Assembly (NCBI GenBank): GCA_963734545.1
Contig: CAVTHO010000009.1
Span: forward strand, 64,001 to 128,000
Source of the DNA: an uncultured Spirochaetota bacterium
GTDB taxonomy: Bacteria > Spirochaetota > Spirochaetia > SZUA-6 > Fen-1364
DNA length: 64,000 nt
Reading direction: 5' to 3'
Below the pieces are notes generated by a model, which was not told the origin of the DNA, made no database searches, and was given only the letters and a program-made list of their open reading frames with translations. Positions 63,138 through 64,000 of the stretch are shown one piece after another (the stretch's first letter is position 1; each line of letters starts with the position of its first letter). A program made the translations under genes and the position numbers.

Positions 63138-63722
63138 ATGGCTTCACACCTGGTCGCTGACGTGATCCGCCCCACGGGCACAAGGACCGCGTGGATATAT
63201 GACGCCGCTCTCGTGGCCGGCTTTTCATTGGTCATCGCGCTGTGCGCGCAGGTCGCCATCCCCCTCCCCTTCACTCCCGTGCCCGTCACTCTCCAGACCC
63301 TGGCGGTGCTCATGGCCGGCTGTCTCCTGGGAAGCGGCCGCGGCGCGCTGGCCGTGCTTGCCTACCTGGGTGAGGGCTTTGCCGGTCTGCCCGTCTTCTC
63401 CGCCGGCAGGGCGGGAATCGCCCACCTGCTGGGACCTACCGGCGGTTACCTGCTCGGATTCGTCGCGGCCGCGTTCATCGTCGGCATGTTTGCCGAGCGC
63501 GGCGCGGGCCGGTCATGGCAGGGCACCCTCGTGATGCTGATCGTCGGAAACGTCGTCCTCTACGTGCCGGGCGTCCTGTGGCTGGGCGCATACACGGGCA
63601 TGGACCGCGCGGTCACCCTCGGGTTCCTTCCGTTCGTGGTCGGAGATCTGTTGAAAACAGCGGCGGGCTGGGGAATCCTCTCCGGCGCTGCCCTCGCAAC
63701 GGGAAGAGCGCGCAGGACCTGA
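63138..63722 (+). CDS. bioY: Biotin transporter BioY
   Basis: PVPVTLQTLAV, GLPVFS and GPTGGYLLGF; GGAGGT SD. Confidence 0.95.
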   Translation: MASHLVADVIRPTGTRTAWIYDAALVAGFSLVIALCAQVAIPLPFTPVPVTLQTLAVLMAGCLLGSGRGALAVLAYLGEGFAGLPVFSAGRAGIAHLLGPTGGYLLGFVAAAFIVGMFAERGAGRSWQGTLVMLIVGNVVLYVPGVLWLGAYTGMDRAVTLGFLPFVVGDLLKTAAGWGILSGAALATGRARRT

Positions 63723-63757
63723 TGCTTTCCCGCCGTCGGTCGAGGGGAAAGACCTAA

Positions 63758-64000
63758 GTGATCCTCGCCTACGACATCGGCACGACCAACCTGAAAGGCG
63801 CGCTGGTGAGCAAGGAGGGCAACGTCCTTGCCCGTGCGCAGGTCCCGGTTCGCATGGTGCCGAGCAGGGATCCGGACCTGTGGGAGTGCGACTCGAACAC
63901 GTGGCTTTCCGGTCTGGCGCTGGTGACCGCCCAGCTCGGCCTGCGGGAGAAGGGCCGCATACGCGCGGTGGTGGTGAGCGCGAACGGTCCCACGCTCGTG
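63758..64000 (+). CDS. FGGY family carbohydrate kinase, 5' part
   Basis: ILAYDIGTTNLKGALV...VSANGPTLV; runs off the window. Confidence 0.85.
   Translation, partial: MILAYDIGTTNLKGALVSKEGNVLARAQVPVRMVPSRDPDLWECDSNTWLSGLALVTAQLGLREKGRIRAVVVSANGPTLV

Overview
GC-rich bacterial chromosome segment, almost certainly Spirochaetota (Spirochaetia-like RpoA, EF-Tu, NusG, RNase Y-YmdB-TlyA and GerMN neighbourhood; adk/map/infA absent from the spc/alpha cluster). About 50 kb (1746-52007) is one uninterrupted minus-strand run: a LoaP/UpxY-like NusG paralog, two nucleotide-sugar genes, dnaE-hom-PHP-yggT-recG-rsmD, tRNA-Thr, rpmG-tRNA-Trp-secE-nusG-rplKAJL-rpoBC, the str, S10, spc and alpha operons, a large acidic membrane protein, then rny-ymdB-tlyA. 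The right end holds a SPOR protein, ligA, a BMP-type nucleoside/sugar ABC transporter, an MFS transporter, bioY and a partial FGGY kinase; the left end holds partial ptsI and a GerMN protein. About eleven single-base frameshifts, some in essential genes, are most likely sequencing errors. The most unusual signal is a pervasive family of short hairpin repeats (modules A-D). These occupy many gene junctions, form REP/BIME-like mosaics and 25-29 bp tandem arrays with co-varying stems, and sit in frame in the N-termini of ribosomal protein L23, S17, TlyA and possibly others. No cognate transposase or CRISPR array is visible in the window.
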